Notes: generated from the sequence alone by a model not told the origin. DNA of 50,967 nucleotides from Planctomycetaceae bacterium (GCA_036501235.1 DASYAR010000143.1:1-50967); one strand, 5' to 3'. Counted from the stretch's first letter, positions 40,633 to 50,348 are shown. Numbers and translations are program-made.

Positions 40633-41844
40633 ATGAAGACTGTCGTTCGGTTGGCGCTCGTCGATCCCAATGACTCGACGCGCGGCGCGCTCAAGTCGCT
40701 GATGCTGGGCATCGACACCGTCTGGCTCGAAGCCGAAAGCTCGCGCTACGACTTCTTTCTCGACGTGGTCATGCAGACCCGTCCGGACATTGCGCTGATC
40801 GCGCTCGATTCGGACCCGGGCAAGGGAATGTCGCTTGTTGCCAAAATCTCGCAGGAGCTGCCTGAATGCCACGTGCTGGTCATCAGCTCGTCCACCGAAG
40901 GCAGCCTGATCCTGCAGGCCATGCGGAACGGCGCCAAGGAATTCTTGAGCCTGCCGCTCAAGCTCGAGGACGTGCTGTCGGCATTGGAACGCATCCGCCA
41001 GACGCAATTTTCGCGAACAGGCGAAGGACAGGTCCGCTCGTGCCAGGTGATCTCCGTGGCGGGGGCCAGCGGCGGCGTCGGATGCACCTCGCTGGCGGTT
41101 AACCTGGGGTGCATTCTGGCTCGTTCCGAACAGAACAGCGTCGTCGTGATCGATCTCGACTTCGCGCTCGGCGATTCCGACGTATGGCTCGACATCATTC
41201 CCGATTACACGATCCAGGACGTGGCCGAAAACATCACCCGACTCGATTATTCACTCCTCAAACGGTCGCTGACGCGGCACGATTGCGGCGTGTTCCTGCT
41301 GCCCCGGCCTGTCCACCTCGACGACAACCTGAAGATCACCGCCGAACAGCTTCGCCGCGTGATTGCTCTGCTCAAGAGCACCTTCACCCATCTGGTGATC
41401 GACGTGAGCAAGTCGTTCGGCGCGCTCGACATGGCGGCGCTCGAAGTTTCCGAGACGGTGCTCCTGGTCACTCAGCTCGATCTGCCGTGCCTGCGCAACG
41501 TCGTGCGGTTGATGCAATATTTCGACCACACCGAAGGGCTGACGAACAAGATTCGCATCGTCGTGAATCGCGTCGGTCTCGAAGACACGCAAATCAGCCT
41601 CAACAAAGCGCTGGAGACGATCGGTCGCGAGATTTCGTACCAGGTCCCGAACGACTTCGCCACGATGGTCGAAGCGCGGAACAACGGCGTGCCGCTGATC
41701 GTGCAGTCGCCCAAAGCCAAGTTAACACGTGCCATCGAGCAGGTGGCGCAGCAGCTTGGGCAATCGACGGACGCCAAGGCGGAGGTGGATGACAAGAAAC
41801 CGCGCAAGGGTCTGTTCAGTTTTCTGGGGAGCGGGGCGAAGTGA
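40633..41844 (+). CDS. cpaE: CpaE/TadZ-type pilus localisation ATPase (receiver-like N-domain plus MinD/ParA-like domain)
   Basis: N-terminal receiver-like fold (RLALVDPND...DIALIALD...VLVISS), then a deviant Walker A VAGASGGVGCTSLAVNLG with Cys in place of the usual Lys, as seen in TadZ-type proteins. Confidence 0.8.
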   Translation: MKTVVRLALVDPNDSTRGALKSLMLGIDTVWLEAESSRYDFFLDVVMQTRPDIALIALDSDPGKGMSLVAKISQELPECHVLVISSSTEGSLILQAMRNGAKEFLSLPLKLEDVLSALERIRQTQFSRTGEGQVRSCQVISVAGASGGVGCTSLAVNLGCILARSEQNSVVVIDLDFALGDSDVWLDIIPDYTIQDVAENITRLDYSLLKRSLTRHDCGVFLLPRPVHLDDNLKITAEQLRRVIALLKSTFTHLVIDVSKSFGALDMAALEVSETVLLVTQLDLPCLRNVVRLMQYFDHTEGLTNKIRIVVNRVGLEDTQISLNKALETIGREISYQVPNDFATMVEARNNGVPLIVQSPKAKLTRAIEQVAQQLGQSTDAKAEVDDKKPRKGLFSFLGSGAK

Positions 41845-41845
41845 C

Positions 41846-42757
41846 GTGAACAGCGCCTCGATCGACGGCCTGCACCGGGAACTGCTGCGGATGCGCCGGT
41901 CCGGAACGGGCTGGGGCAATCGCGCTGAGGGCAATCCGTACGTCGAGCCCACGGCGCTCGCCGCACTGGCTCTGGCCGCGACTCCTTCCGCAGAGCAGCC
42001 GGAGGATTCGAACCGCGCCGTCGTGGCGGCGGCCGAATGGCTCAAAGACCTGCAACAACCGGACGGCTGCCTGGGGATCGCTCCCGATTTGCCGCGCCCC
42101 TGCTGGACGACGCCCCTGGCGATTCTCGTCTGGCTGGCGGTCGACCGTTGTCACGAATCGAGAAAGAAAGCAACCGACTGGCTCCTGACGCAACATGGCA
42201 TGACATGGAGCCCGACGCCTGATTCGCCTTACGGACACGACACGCGCATCGCCGGCTGGGCCTGGGTGGCAGACACGCACAGCTGGCTTGAACCGACGGC
42301 ACTGGCGGTGCTGTCCCTGAAGCGGGCGGGATTGGCCGAACACGTCCGCACGCTCGATGGCCAGAGGCTGATCCGCGACCGGGTCATTCGGACCGGCGGC
42401 TGGAATTACGGAAACTCTGCCGTTTTCGGGACCGACTTGCAACCACAACCGGCTCCCACGGGCCTGGCGCTCTTGGCGCTGTCCGGCATTGAGGATGCCG
42501 AAAGCCCCCTCGTGACGCAGAGCTGCGAATATCTCGAAGCGATCCTGCCGACGACTCGCGCGCCGCAGTCGCTATGCTATGGCACGCTGGCCCTGACGGC
42601 GTGGAATCGGCGTCCCCACGGGGCCGACGACTGGCTGCGCGCCGCGCACGATCGGGCCGCGCGCAGCTCGAATTGCATCGCTCAGCTCGCCTATCTGCTG
42701 CTGGCCGCGGGGGAGCGTTCGCTGGAATTGCTCGGTTGTACGGCGATCGGTGCTTGA
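41846..42757 (+). CDS. Prenyltransferase/squalene-cyclase-repeat (alpha/alpha-toroid) protein
   Basis: GTG 41846 lies 1 nt after the cpaE stop (41842..41844). Repeated G-W-x-x motifs and helical hairpins (GTGWGNRAEG...EPTALAALAL; QQPDGCLG; IAGWAWV...EPTALAVLSL; RTGGWNYG...APTGLALLAL) are typical of this repeat family. The upstream part of track ORF 41729.. is out-of-frame overlap with cpaE. Confidence 0.6.
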   Translation: MNSASIDGLHRELLRMRRSGTGWGNRAEGNPYVEPTALAALALAATPSAEQPEDSNRAVVAAAEWLKDLQQPDGCLGIAPDLPRPCWTTPLAILVWLAVDRCHESRKKATDWLLTQHGMTWSPTPDSPYGHDTRIAGWAWVADTHSWLEPTALAVLSLKRAGLAEHVRTLDGQRLIRDRVIRTGGWNYGNSAVFGTDLQPQPAPTGLALLALSGIEDAESPLVTQSCEYLEAILPTTRAPQSLCYGTLALTAWNRRPHGADDWLRAAHDRAARSSNCIAQLAYLLLAAGERSLELLGCTAIGA

Positions 42758-42815
42758 TGAGGTGGAGGGCTAGTCGTGTTTCGCATGAGTTGCGGCATCA
42801 TGTCAAAGTCCCCGA

Positions 42816-42872
42816 CCGGGGATATCGCTGCGCTTAATCCCCGGCCAATGGCTACGACCCCATTCGGGGTCG
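42816..42872 (+). repeat. Composite double-hairpin repeat (family R1)
   Basis: ccggggatatcgctgcgcttaatccccggccaatggctacgaccccattcggggtcg is colinear with 4770..4826. Lies between the toroid-repeat gene and the DUF362 gene. Confidence 0.75.
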
Positions 42873-42923
42873 GTGCTCTGTGTCGCCGAATTTCGTCTGT
42901 TTGAGACTCGGAATAATTCAATC

Positions 42924-43985
42924 ATGCACAATCACGTCATCATGCCCGAGAATGCACTGCCAACGCACGCTCCGCGTCCTGCGCTGCCATTCTCGCGTCG
43001 CAAGTTCCTGATGGGAGCCGGGGGCCTGCTGGCCGCGGCGACCGCGGGCAACTGGTTCTGGAACAACGCCGAACACCTGTGGCGCTCCGCAGTCTTTGTC
43101 GGGCGTGCTGAATCCTACGGTCCCCATCTGGTCGACCTCATGCGACGGGGGCTCTCGGAGTTGGGGCTGTCGCGCGCGACGATCCGCGGCAAATCGGTGC
43201 TGCTGAAGCCGAATCTTGTTGAACCCAACATCACCAAGCCGCACATCAACACCCACCCCGCGTTCGTCCGCGCGGTCGTCGAGGTGTTTCGCGGCTGGGA
43301 CGCGTGTGAAGTGATCGTCGCCGAGGGGCAGGGGCATTGCCGCGACACCAGCTTCGTTCTCGAACAATCGGGCCTGGAGCGCGTCCTCGACGACGACCGG
43401 ATTTCTTTCGTCGACCTGAACTACGACGACGTTTTCACGGCCGACAATCGCACACGTTTCACGAAATTGGCGAAGCTGTACCTGCCGCAGGCGCTGCGCC
43501 GGGCTGACCTCATCGTGTCGCTCCCCAAGATGAAGACGCATCACTGGGCCGGGGTCACGCTGTCGATGAAGAACCTGTTCGGCGTGATGCCGGGCGTCTG
43601 TTACGGCTGGCCGAAGAATGTGCTGCATCATGCGGGGATCGGTCAATCGATCCTCGACATCAACGCCACGGTCCGCCCGCACGTGGCGATCGTCGATGGC
43701 ATCGTCGGCATGGAGGGAGACGGGCCGATCATGGGGACGCCCAAGTCGTCCCACCTGGTCGTGATGGGAACGAACCTGCCGGCGGTCGACGCCACGTGCG
43801 CGCGGCTGATGGGATTCCGTCCCGAGTTGATCGACTACCTGCGGAACGCCTCGGGCGTCCTGGGTCCGATCCAGGAACGCCACATCGCGCAGCGCGGCGA
43901 GCCCCTCGCCGGCAGCGTCCTGCGCTTCTCGCTGCCGGACAAACCGCACTTCCAGCAGTTTCGTGACCTGCCTGACGCGGCGTGA
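42924..43985 (+). CDS. DUF362 domain protein with Tat-type signal
   Basis: Start ATG 42924 (MHNHVIM...). Twin-arginine segment SRRKFLMGAGGLLAAATAG. The body (LKPNLVEP...HPAFVRAVVE...SLPKMKTHHWAGVTLSMKNLFG...IVDGIVGMEGDGP) is recalled as DUF362. Confidence 0.65.
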   Translation: MHNHVIMPENALPTHAPRPALPFSRRKFLMGAGGLLAAATAGNWFWNNAEHLWRSAVFVGRAESYGPHLVDLMRRGLSELGLSRATIRGKSVLLKPNLVEPNITKPHINTHPAFVRAVVEVFRGWDACEVIVAEGQGHCRDTSFVLEQSGLERVLDDDRISFVDLNYDDVFTADNRTRFTKLAKLYLPQALRRADLIVSLPKMKTHHWAGVTLSMKNLFGVMPGVCYGWPKNVLHHAGIGQSILDINATVRPHVAIVDGIVGMEGDGPIMGTPKSSHLVVMGTNLPAVDATCARLMGFRPELIDYLRNASGVLGPIQERHIAQRGEPLAGSVLRFSLPDKPHFQQFRDLPDAA

Positions 43986-43990
43986 ATCAT

Positions 43991-44026
43991 GAATGTCGTC
44001 ATCTCGGCGGAATGAGATGACGACAT
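43991..44026 (+). terminator. Perfect 14-bp stem hairpin downstream of the DUF362 gene
   Basis: AATGTCGTCATCTC-ggcggaat-GAGATGACGACATT begins 6 nt after the stop. No U-tract follows, so function as an intrinsic terminator is uncertain. Confidence 0.4.
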
Positions 44027-44064
44027 TGCTCGACCAGCAGTGCGTTGTCGCCTAAGATGTCTGC

Positions 44065-45078
44065 ATGATCGCCGTCGACGTGCAGGACCTTAAGAAGACG
44101 TATCGCGTGTATCGCAAGCGCGAGGGGCTGTGGGCGTCCGTGAAGGGGCTGTTCCGGCGGGATTATCATCTGGTTCACGCCGTCGCCGGCGTGAGCTTCC
44201 AGATCGACCAGGGGGAAATGGTCGCCTTCCTCGGGCCAAACGGGGCCGGGAAAACCACGACGCTCAAGCTGCTGTCGGGGCTGATCTATCCCACTTCGGG
44301 CCACGCCACCGTTCTGGGATATGTCCCGTGGAAGCGAGAAATCCCCTATCGCCGGCGGTTCGCGCTGGTCATGGGGCAGAAGAACCAGCTCTGGTGGGAC
44401 CTGCCTGCGCAAGAGTCGTTCCGGCTGCATAAAGAAATCTACCGCATCGACCCGGCCGACTTCGACCGCCGGCTCGACGAACTCACGAGCCTGTTGGAAG
44501 TCCGCAAGCTCGTGGGACAGCCGGTGCGCGAGCTGTCGCTGGGCGAACGGATGCGCATGGAACTGATCGCCGCGCTGTTGCACCGGCCCGACCTGCTCTT
44601 GCTCGATGAACCGACGATCGGTCTGGACGTCGTGTCGCAGCGCAAGGTGCAGGATTTTCTGAAGTTCTATCAGGCCGAGCAGAAACTGACGGTGTTGCTC
44701 ACCAGCCATTATATGAAAGACGTGCAGGCGCTGTGCCGACGGGCGATCATCATCAACGAAGGGGAGATCAAGCACGACGGATCTCTGGGCGAGATCGTCG
44801 ATCGCTTCAGCACGTACAAGGTGATCGAGTTGCTGTTCGGGGGAGACTCGCGCCCCGAGGGGCTCGAACGCTTTGGCGAAGTGTTCGACGACAGCTTCCC
44901 GCGCGCCAAGATCAAGGTGCCGCGCAACCAGGTTCCTGTAATCCTCTCGGCGTTGCTCACGGAGTATTCGCTGGAAGACGTCGGCGTTCACGATCGGCCG
45001 CTCGAAGAAGCGATCGCAGAAATCTTCACAACCACCAAAAATTCAGCCGTCGAGGCGGAGGCGACGGCTGCGCGCTGA
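44065..45078 (+). CDS. ABC transporter ATP-binding protein (ABC-2 type system)
   Basis: Walker [10 protein letters not shown], signature LSLGERMR, Walker B LLLLDEPT, and a C-terminal extra domain. Confidence 0.9.
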   Translation: MIAVDVQDLKKTYRVYRKREGLWASVKGLFRRDYHLVHAVAGVSFQIDQGEMVAFLGPNGAGKTTTLKLLSGLIYPTSGHATVLGYVPWKREIPYRRRFALVMGQKNQLWWDLPAQESFRLHKEIYRIDPADFDRRLDELTSLLEVRKLVGQPVRELSLGERMRMELIAALLHRPDLLLLDEPTIGLDVVSQRKVQDFLKFYQAEQKLTVLLTSHYMKDVQALCRRAIIINEGEIKHDGSLGEIVDRFSTYKVIELLFGGDSRPEGLERFGEVFDDSFPRAKIKVPRNQVPVILSALLTEYSLEDVGVHDRPLEEAIAEIFTTTKNSAVEAEATAAR

Positions 45079-45083
45079 GCGGA

Positions 45084-45105
45084 CCCACGGGAAGCGTCCC
45101 GTGGG
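45084..45105 (+). promoter_or_regulatory. 9-bp stem hairpin directly after the ABC ATPase stop, preceding a G-free CU-rich leader
   Basis: CCCACGGGA-agcg-TCCCGTGGG. It is followed by a 67-nt stretch without any G (45120..45186) that runs up to the permease start region. Confidence 0.4.
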
Positions 45106-45200
45106 CTTAAGGAATCTCGTTTTCACTATTCTCTATCTTCTATCCTCTATAATTCTCTCTTCACTCCTCAACCTTCTCTCTTCCCCGTCCATCCCCCGCA

Positions 45201-46034
45201 ATGCGTACCCACTGGTTCATCCTGCGAACGTGCATCAGCGAGCGACTCGCTTATCGCGGAGACTTTGCCTTCGGGACCCTGGTGCGGTTCCTGCCGATCG
45301 TCTCCTCAATTTTTCTCTGGTCGGCGATTTACGCGCGCGACAACCAGCATGAGATGAATGGCTACAAGCTCCCCGACATGATCGCCTACTTTCTATTGGT
45401 GATGGTCGGTCGGGCTTTTTCGAGCATGCCGGGCTTGGCGGGAGGTATTGCGAACGACGTGCGCAATGGCACGATCAAGAAGTATCTCACGCAGCCGGTC
45501 GACATGCTGGCGTATCTGTTCTGGGCGCGCGTGGCGCATAAACTGGTGTACTATTTCGTTGCCACCGGGCCGTTTGTGCTGGTGTTCTATTTGTGTAGCG
45601 ATTATTTCGCCTACTCCCCTGATCTCGTCACGATCGGCGCGTTCGCGGCCTCGCTGGTGATCGCCTTTCTCATCGGGTTCCTGATGGAGAGCCTGATCGG
45701 GCTGATTTCATTCTGGTTTCTGGAAGTCAGTTCGCTGATTTTCATTTTCATGATGATCAATTACTTTCTGTCCGGACACATGGCGCCCCTTCCCTGGTTG
45801 ATGAAAATCTTCGGCGACACGCCCCGCGCCGAAGAGACGGCACGCGTCGTGATGATGTTGCTGCCGTTCGAATACCTGGCGTATTTTCCGGCAGCCCTTA
45901 TGCTCGGCAAGCACACCGGCGCCGACCTGTGGCAGCACCTGGCGATGGGCTCGGTGTGGGTCGTGTTGCTGTGGATCGCGAACCGAGTTATGTTCGCGCG
46001 CGGCGTCCGTCGGTACAGTGCCTTTGGAGGCTGA
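45201..46034 (+). CDS. ABC-2 family transporter permease
   Basis: 277-aa polytopic ORF. The N-terminus [28 protein letters not shown] is recalled from the ABC-2 (DUF990-like) permease family paired with such ATPases. Confidence 0.65.
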   Translation: MRTHWFILRTCISERLAYRGDFAFGTLVRFLPIVSSIFLWSAIYARDNQHEMNGYKLPDMIAYFLLVMVGRAFSSMPGLAGGIANDVRNGTIKKYLTQPVDMLAYLFWARVAHKLVYYFVATGPFVLVFYLCSDYFAYSPDLVTIGAFAASLVIAFLIGFLMESLIGLISFWFLEVSSLIFIFMMINYFLSGHMAPLPWLMKIFGDTPRAEETARVVMMLLPFEYLAYFPAALMLGKHTGADLWQHLAMGSVWVVLLWIANRVMFARGVRRYSAFGG

Positions 46035-46129
46035 ATCACATATCATCGAGCTTGGGTTCCCGACAATCGGGCAAAAAGGAACGAATTGAGCCACAGATTC
46101 GAACTGATGGCATTTCGAAGGATTCATTC

Positions 46130-47182
46130 ATGACTCGGATGATATACGTTGGTTTGCTACTCTTCGTATTTGCAGCGGAAACGGCATTCTGTGCAGACCC
46201 ACCCGCACTGGCCACGCTGAGCGAGGGCGAGGCCAAACACCTGGCTGATCTCAAACAGGTGACCCACGGCCTGCCCCGCGCAGGGGAAGGCTATTTCTCG
46301 GGGGACGGCAAGTCGATCGTCTATCAGGCTTATCCGGTCGGATACCCGTTCTACCAGATCTACACGCAAAGCCTGGCGAACGGCGAACCGCGGCTTGTCA
46401 GCACGGGGCGCGGCCGCACCACTTGCTCGTACTTCAGTCCGGACGGCAAGTCGATCCTGTTCGCGTCGAGCCATAGCGACCCGAACATTGAAGAGACCGA
46501 ATTCAAAGCCCGCGAAGAGGCGGCCAAAGGAGGTCGGCGCCGCTATCAGTGGGACTTCGATCCCCACATGGACCTGTATACGATCGGCATCGACGGCCGT
46601 GGTCTCAAGCGGCTTACTGACGCGCCCGGCTACGACGCCGAGGGAAGCTATTCCTCCGACGGCAAGCAGATCGTTTTCACCTCGTCGCGCGACGGCGATC
46701 CCGACATCTACATCATGGATGCCGACGGCAGCAACGTCCGGCAGATCACGAATACTCCGGGGTATGACGGCGGACCGTTCTTTTCTCCAGACAATCGCTG
46801 GATCATTTTCCGCAGCGACCGGCAGAAAGAGCATATGCTGCAGATCTTCGCCATCTCGATCGACGGCAAAACCGAGGTGCAGCTCACGAACAACCTCGAT
46901 CACGTCAACTGGTGTCCCTATTTCCACCCGTCCGGCAAGTATTTCATCTGGTCCGGGGCCGACTACACCACGGGTCGCGGGACGTTTCACCTGTTCACGA
47001 TGGAACTTTCGTACCCGGGGGACAAACTGACCGGGGGCAAAGTCACGCAGATCACCGACAGTGACAAAACCGACGTGCTCCCCGTTTTCAGCCCGGACGG
47101 CAAACAATTGATGTGGACGGCGACACGGTCGTCAGACAATTCGAGTCAATTGTTCATCGCCGACTGGCTCCGCGAGAAATAA
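46130..47182 (+). CDS. TolB-like beta-propeller (PD40/WD40-like repeat) periplasmic protein
   Basis: Start ATG 46130 (MTRMIYVGLLLFVFAAETAFC signal). Repeated SPDGK/SSDGK...F-x-S-x-R-x-G...DIY units are present. Confidence 0.75.
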   Translation: MTRMIYVGLLLFVFAAETAFCADPPALATLSEGEAKHLADLKQVTHGLPRAGEGYFSGDGKSIVYQAYPVGYPFYQIYTQSLANGEPRLVSTGRGRTTCSYFSPDGKSILFASSHSDPNIEETEFKAREEAAKGGRRRYQWDFDPHMDLYTIGIDGRGLKRLTDAPGYDAEGSYSSDGKQIVFTSSRDGDPDIYIMDADGSNVRQITNTPGYDGGPFFSPDNRWIIFRSDRQKEHMLQIFAISIDGKTEVQLTNNLDHVNWCPYFHPSGKYFIWSGADYTTGRGTFHLFTMELSYPGDKLTGGKVTQITDSDKTDVLPVFSPDGKQLMWTATRSSDNSSQLFIADWLREK

Positions 47183-47187
47183 CTCGC

Positions 47188-47218
47188 TTAACCGCGACCC
47201 ACAGGAGAGCGCGTGTCG
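47188..47218 (+). repeat. Half-copy of family R3
   Basis: ttaaccgcgacccacaggagagcgcgtgtcg versus ttaaccgcgacccggaggggagcgcgtgtcg at 25620..25650 (3 mismatches in 31). Lies between the TolB-like and SDR genes. Confidence 0.75.
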
Positions 47219-47266
47219 TTGGCAGTTTGACCAACGATTCACAGTCAACAATGAAGCTGGCTCGCC

Positions 47267-48022
47267 ATGATCCTCAAGGGCAAAACCGTTTTGATCACCG
47301 GCGGCCGCCGCGTCGGTGCGCATCTGGCACGGGCCGTCGCGCAGCGCGGCGCCAATGTTGCCCTTAGCTATTTCAAGAGTCGCGACAAGATCGAGGCGGT
47401 GACCGCGGAAGTCCGTGCTTTGGGCGTGCGTGCGGCGGCAATCGCCGCCGACTTGCGTCAACCTGCCGACGCCGAACGCCTCGTCGCGCAGACGGTTGCC
47501 GAACTCGGTTCGGTCGACGTCCTGGTCAACATGGCCAGCGAATTTCATCCTAAACCATTCGATGAATTGCAACCCGGCGATTTCGACGATTCGATTGCAT
47601 CGAACCTGAAAGCGCCGTATCTGGTGGCGATAGCTGCGGCGCTGGCCATGCGGACGCAACCTATAGTCGATGGCATCCAGGGGAAGATCGTCAACTTCGC
47701 CGATTGGGCGATCGATCGACCCTACAAGAATTTTCTTCCCTATTTCATCGCCAAGGGGGGTGTGGTGGCGATGACGAAGGGGCTGGCGGTGGAACTAGCG
47801 CCCACGATTGCCGTGAATGCCATCGCCCCGGCCATGATCGACCCGCCGCTGAATTTGTCGGCGGAAGACATCGAGTCGATCCGCCAGGCCGCTCCGCTGA
47901 AGCGAATCGGCACCCCCGCCGACGCCGTGAATCTGGTGCTGTATCTGCTCGAAGGGACCGATTTCACAACCGGCAACGTCTATCGCATCGACGGCGGAAG
48001 GTTCTTAGGAACCGATTCGTAG
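47267..48022 (+). CDS. Short-chain dehydrogenase/reductase (pteridine-reductase-like)
   Basis: KTVLITGGRRVGAHLA cofactor motif, Y-x3-K in YFIAKGG, and a typical ~250-aa length. Confidence 0.85.
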   Translation: MILKGKTVLITGGRRVGAHLARAVAQRGANVALSYFKSRDKIEAVTAEVRALGVRAAAIAADLRQPADAERLVAQTVAELGSVDVLVNMASEFHPKPFDELQPGDFDDSIASNLKAPYLVAIAAALAMRTQPIVDGIQGKIVNFADWAIDRPYKNFLPYFIAKGGVVAMTKGLAVELAPTIAVNAIAPAMIDPPLNLSAEDIESIRQAAPLKRIGTPADAVNLVLYLLEGTDFTTGNVYRIDGGRFLGTDS

Positions 48023-48042
48023 GGACAGATGTTGGCTTGTCG

Positions 48043-48477
48043 TCACGACGCGTGCGGTACAGTGGATTTTGTCCTCCGTTCTTGTATCCGAATCGCGACC
48101 GTTTTTCCGGGCGCTCCTTCGAAGACGATCTCCATGCCGATCCCTTCCGCATAGCGAAAGAGGGTCTTTAGCGTCGGGTTGCCGGAATTCTCGAGGCGCG
48201 ACAATGCGGCGCGGTCCATGCCGGTGCGGCTGGAAAGATCAGCGAGACTCAGGCCCTGCTGCTCTCGCAATTGCTTCAGAAGCAATCCCACCTTGCGGCA
48301 GCTCCAATATTCCCGCTGCGTGACCGGCTCCGAATATTCACCCGATGCCTGGAGCTGAGCCAAAGTCGGGCGTTCACGCTGAAATTTGTCGCGCTTATCT
48401 TTCAATGCGGCGCGCTGCTCGGCAGTCAGATCCGATTTTGCACGAGCTCGTTGTTTGGACATCTGACGCTCCTTCAC
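48043..48477 (-). CDS. XRE-family helix-turn-helix protein, probable antitoxin
   Basis: HTH segment LREQQGLSLADLSSRTGMDRAALSRLENSGN. The start overlaps the upstream small-gene stop by 4 nt. Confidence 0.7.
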   Translation of the reverse strand: MKERQMSKQRARAKSDLTAEQRAALKDKRDKFQRERPTLAQLQASGEYSEPVTQREYWSCRKVGLLLKQLREQQGLSLADLSSRTGMDRAALSRLENSGNPTLKTLFRYAEGIGMEIVFEGAPGKTVAIRIQERRTKSTVPHAS

Positions 48478-48773
48478 TTTGGTTCAGGCGTCTCGTAGGC
48501 GGTAATTGGCTTCATCGTCAACGGATCGTCTGCGATGTGTTCCCAGACGACGGCGATGTATCGCCCCGTTGCAGTGTGACCGAAGGTAATGGGTTCGCCG
48601 CTCGATCGACTCGCTGTCGTCACGCTTAATGGGTCAAGCAAGACGTCTTCAACCTCTTCAATGGTCAGGTCGTGCTCAAGAATGTGCCTGACGTTCCCAT
48701 CCGGGTCGTCGTCGAGGTCCCAAATGACGTGGACGTCATCCATGCAATGCTCCGGCCCGACGATTATTCCCAT
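48474..48773 (-). CDS. BrnT-like (DUF497-type) putative toxin
   Basis: 99-aa ORF. The pattern W-D...N-x-x-H...EEVEDVLLDP...SGEP...G-x-T-x-x-GRYIAVVW...ITAYE resembles BrnT. The toxin-first gene order also fits BrnT/BrnA. Assignment is by eye only. Confidence 0.45.
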   Translation of the reverse strand: MGIIVGPEHCMDDVHVIWDLDDDPDGNVRHILEHDLTIEEVEDVLLDPLSVTTASRSSGEPITFGHTATGRYIAVVWEHIADDPLTMKPITAYETPEPK

Positions 48774-49232
48774 ATCGAGAGTGTTGATATATTCTACAAC
48801 ACCACGTCCAACAGGTCAACGAGAAATTCGACCGACGGCATTGCGGATTTCTTGGATGCGGCCGCGCTCGGTCATAATGGATTTCATCAACACATCGTCT
48901 CTACCGTCGAATTCTAAACGCCATGAACACCTGCCCCCAATGTGCGAATCCGTTGCCCGACGCCAAGACGCCCCAAGCCACCATCGACGCGCTCTTTACT
49001 CGCGCTGCCGGGGATGCCATCGGAGATTTCTGAGCGCCAACCCGGGAATCGGCATCGGCGTTCTGACACGATCGTATCATTCTGTGGATGTGATTGTATC
49101 GGCATTGGCGAGTGCGTATGTTAGTCTCTCACGCGCGGGCTGGCCGCGTTTTCCTTTTCCTGGTGCGACGACGCGCAGACGCCTGGGAACATTCTCCCGC
49201 CTGTCAGCCGATTTCTCCATCAAGGATCCATC

Positions 49233-50306
49233 ATGCCGTTTTGTCGTCGTCGCGGTTTCACGTTGATTGAGCTTTTGGTTGTGATTGCCGTCATTGCCGT
49301 GCTCGTGGCTCTCCTTTTGCCGGCTGTGCAGCAGGCCCGCGAAGCGGCCCGGCGAGGGCAGTGCAAGAACAATCTGAAACAGTTGGGGCTGGCTCTCAAC
49401 AATTATGAAAGTTCGTTCAACACCTTTCCTCCAGGAAGAATCGTCAACATCTCGCCAGCCGATGACCAGTCGCAATCGGCCAACGGCGGCGCCACGACTG
49501 GAAACGGCAATTGCTTTTCGGCATTCGCCCAAATGCTGCCGCAACTCGATCAAGCACCGCTCTACAACCAAATCAACTTCCTGAGTGGCCCCGACACGGC
49601 GGTCAATAACGGACCCAGTACGACTCCGATTCCGATGTTTCTCTGCCCGAGCGACAGCGGAATCCCGACGCTCGCGCAAGGTTCAGGACTGACGAATGTC
49701 ACGAATTACGTGATGAATACGGGAACCACTTTTTCAGCGTCTCCAAGGAATCCGTCTGGCAATCGCGTGACCGGTATTTTCTACGAAAACTCCCGCACCC
49801 GGATCAGCGACATTATGGATGGGACGAGCCAGACGGTGTGCCTGAGCGAACAGGTGCTGTCGATCAATGGTGATCCCACGATCAATGGCGCAAATTGGAC
49901 CGGAGTCACTCCCTCGCTGGGATTTGTGCTGACCACGGGCAACAACAACGCCAGCAGCGGGCCCGAGCTGATTAACTACCCCGGCGACTGCGCCGCGGGA
50001 AACAATTTGCAGACGGATCGCGGCAATCGTCTCCTCTACGCCGCTCCGGGGCATACGATGTACAATCATATTCGTGGTCCGAACGACCTCGGAATCGATT
50101 GTCGCGGCGGATTGCCGCAAAGCACGAGAAACTTTTACTGGTGGAGCCGTCTCTCGCACAATATCGCGTCTCACAGCAAGCACACCGGCGGCGTCCATTC
50201 GCTGTTTTGCGACGGGCACGTGCAGTTTGTTTCGAATTCCATCAATTTGGCAACCTGGCAAAGTGTGGGGAGCCGCGCGGGCGGTGAGGTTATTGGGGAT
50301 TTTTGA
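49233..50306 (+). CDS. DUF1559 protein with prepilin-type N-terminal cleavage/methylation domain and C-terminal H-X9-DG motif
   Basis: [34 protein letters not shown] at the N-terminus and [18 protein letters not shown] at the C-terminus. This architecture is massively expanded in Planctomycetota. Confidence 0.9.
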   Translation: MPFCRRRGFTLIELLVVIAVIAVLVALLLPAVQQAREAARRGQCKNNLKQLGLALNNYESSFNTFPPGRIVNISPADDQSQSANGGATTGNGNCFSAFAQMLPQLDQAPLYNQINFLSGPDTAVNNGPSTTPIPMFLCPSDSGIPTLAQGSGLTNVTNYVMNTGTTFSASPRNPSGNRVTGIFYENSRTRISDIMDGTSQTVCLSEQVLSINGDPTINGANWTGVTPSLGFVLTTGNNNASSGPELINYPGDCAAGNNLQTDRGNRLLYAAPGHTMYNHIRGPNDLGIDCRGGLPQSTRNFYWWSRLSHNIASHSKHTGGVHSLFCDGHVQFVSNSINLATWQSVGSRAGGEVIGDF

Positions 50307-50348
50307 ACGATCGCACTCGTTGACGCAGGCACAATCATCTCCCTAAGA

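Noticed and set aside
48923-49033. 36-aa ORF MNTCPQCANPLPDAKTPQATIDALFTRAAGDAIGDF with a single CxxC.
   Set aside because: It has only half of a zinc-ribbon signature and no ribosome-binding context. It lies in a divergent promoter region, so it is too weak to call.
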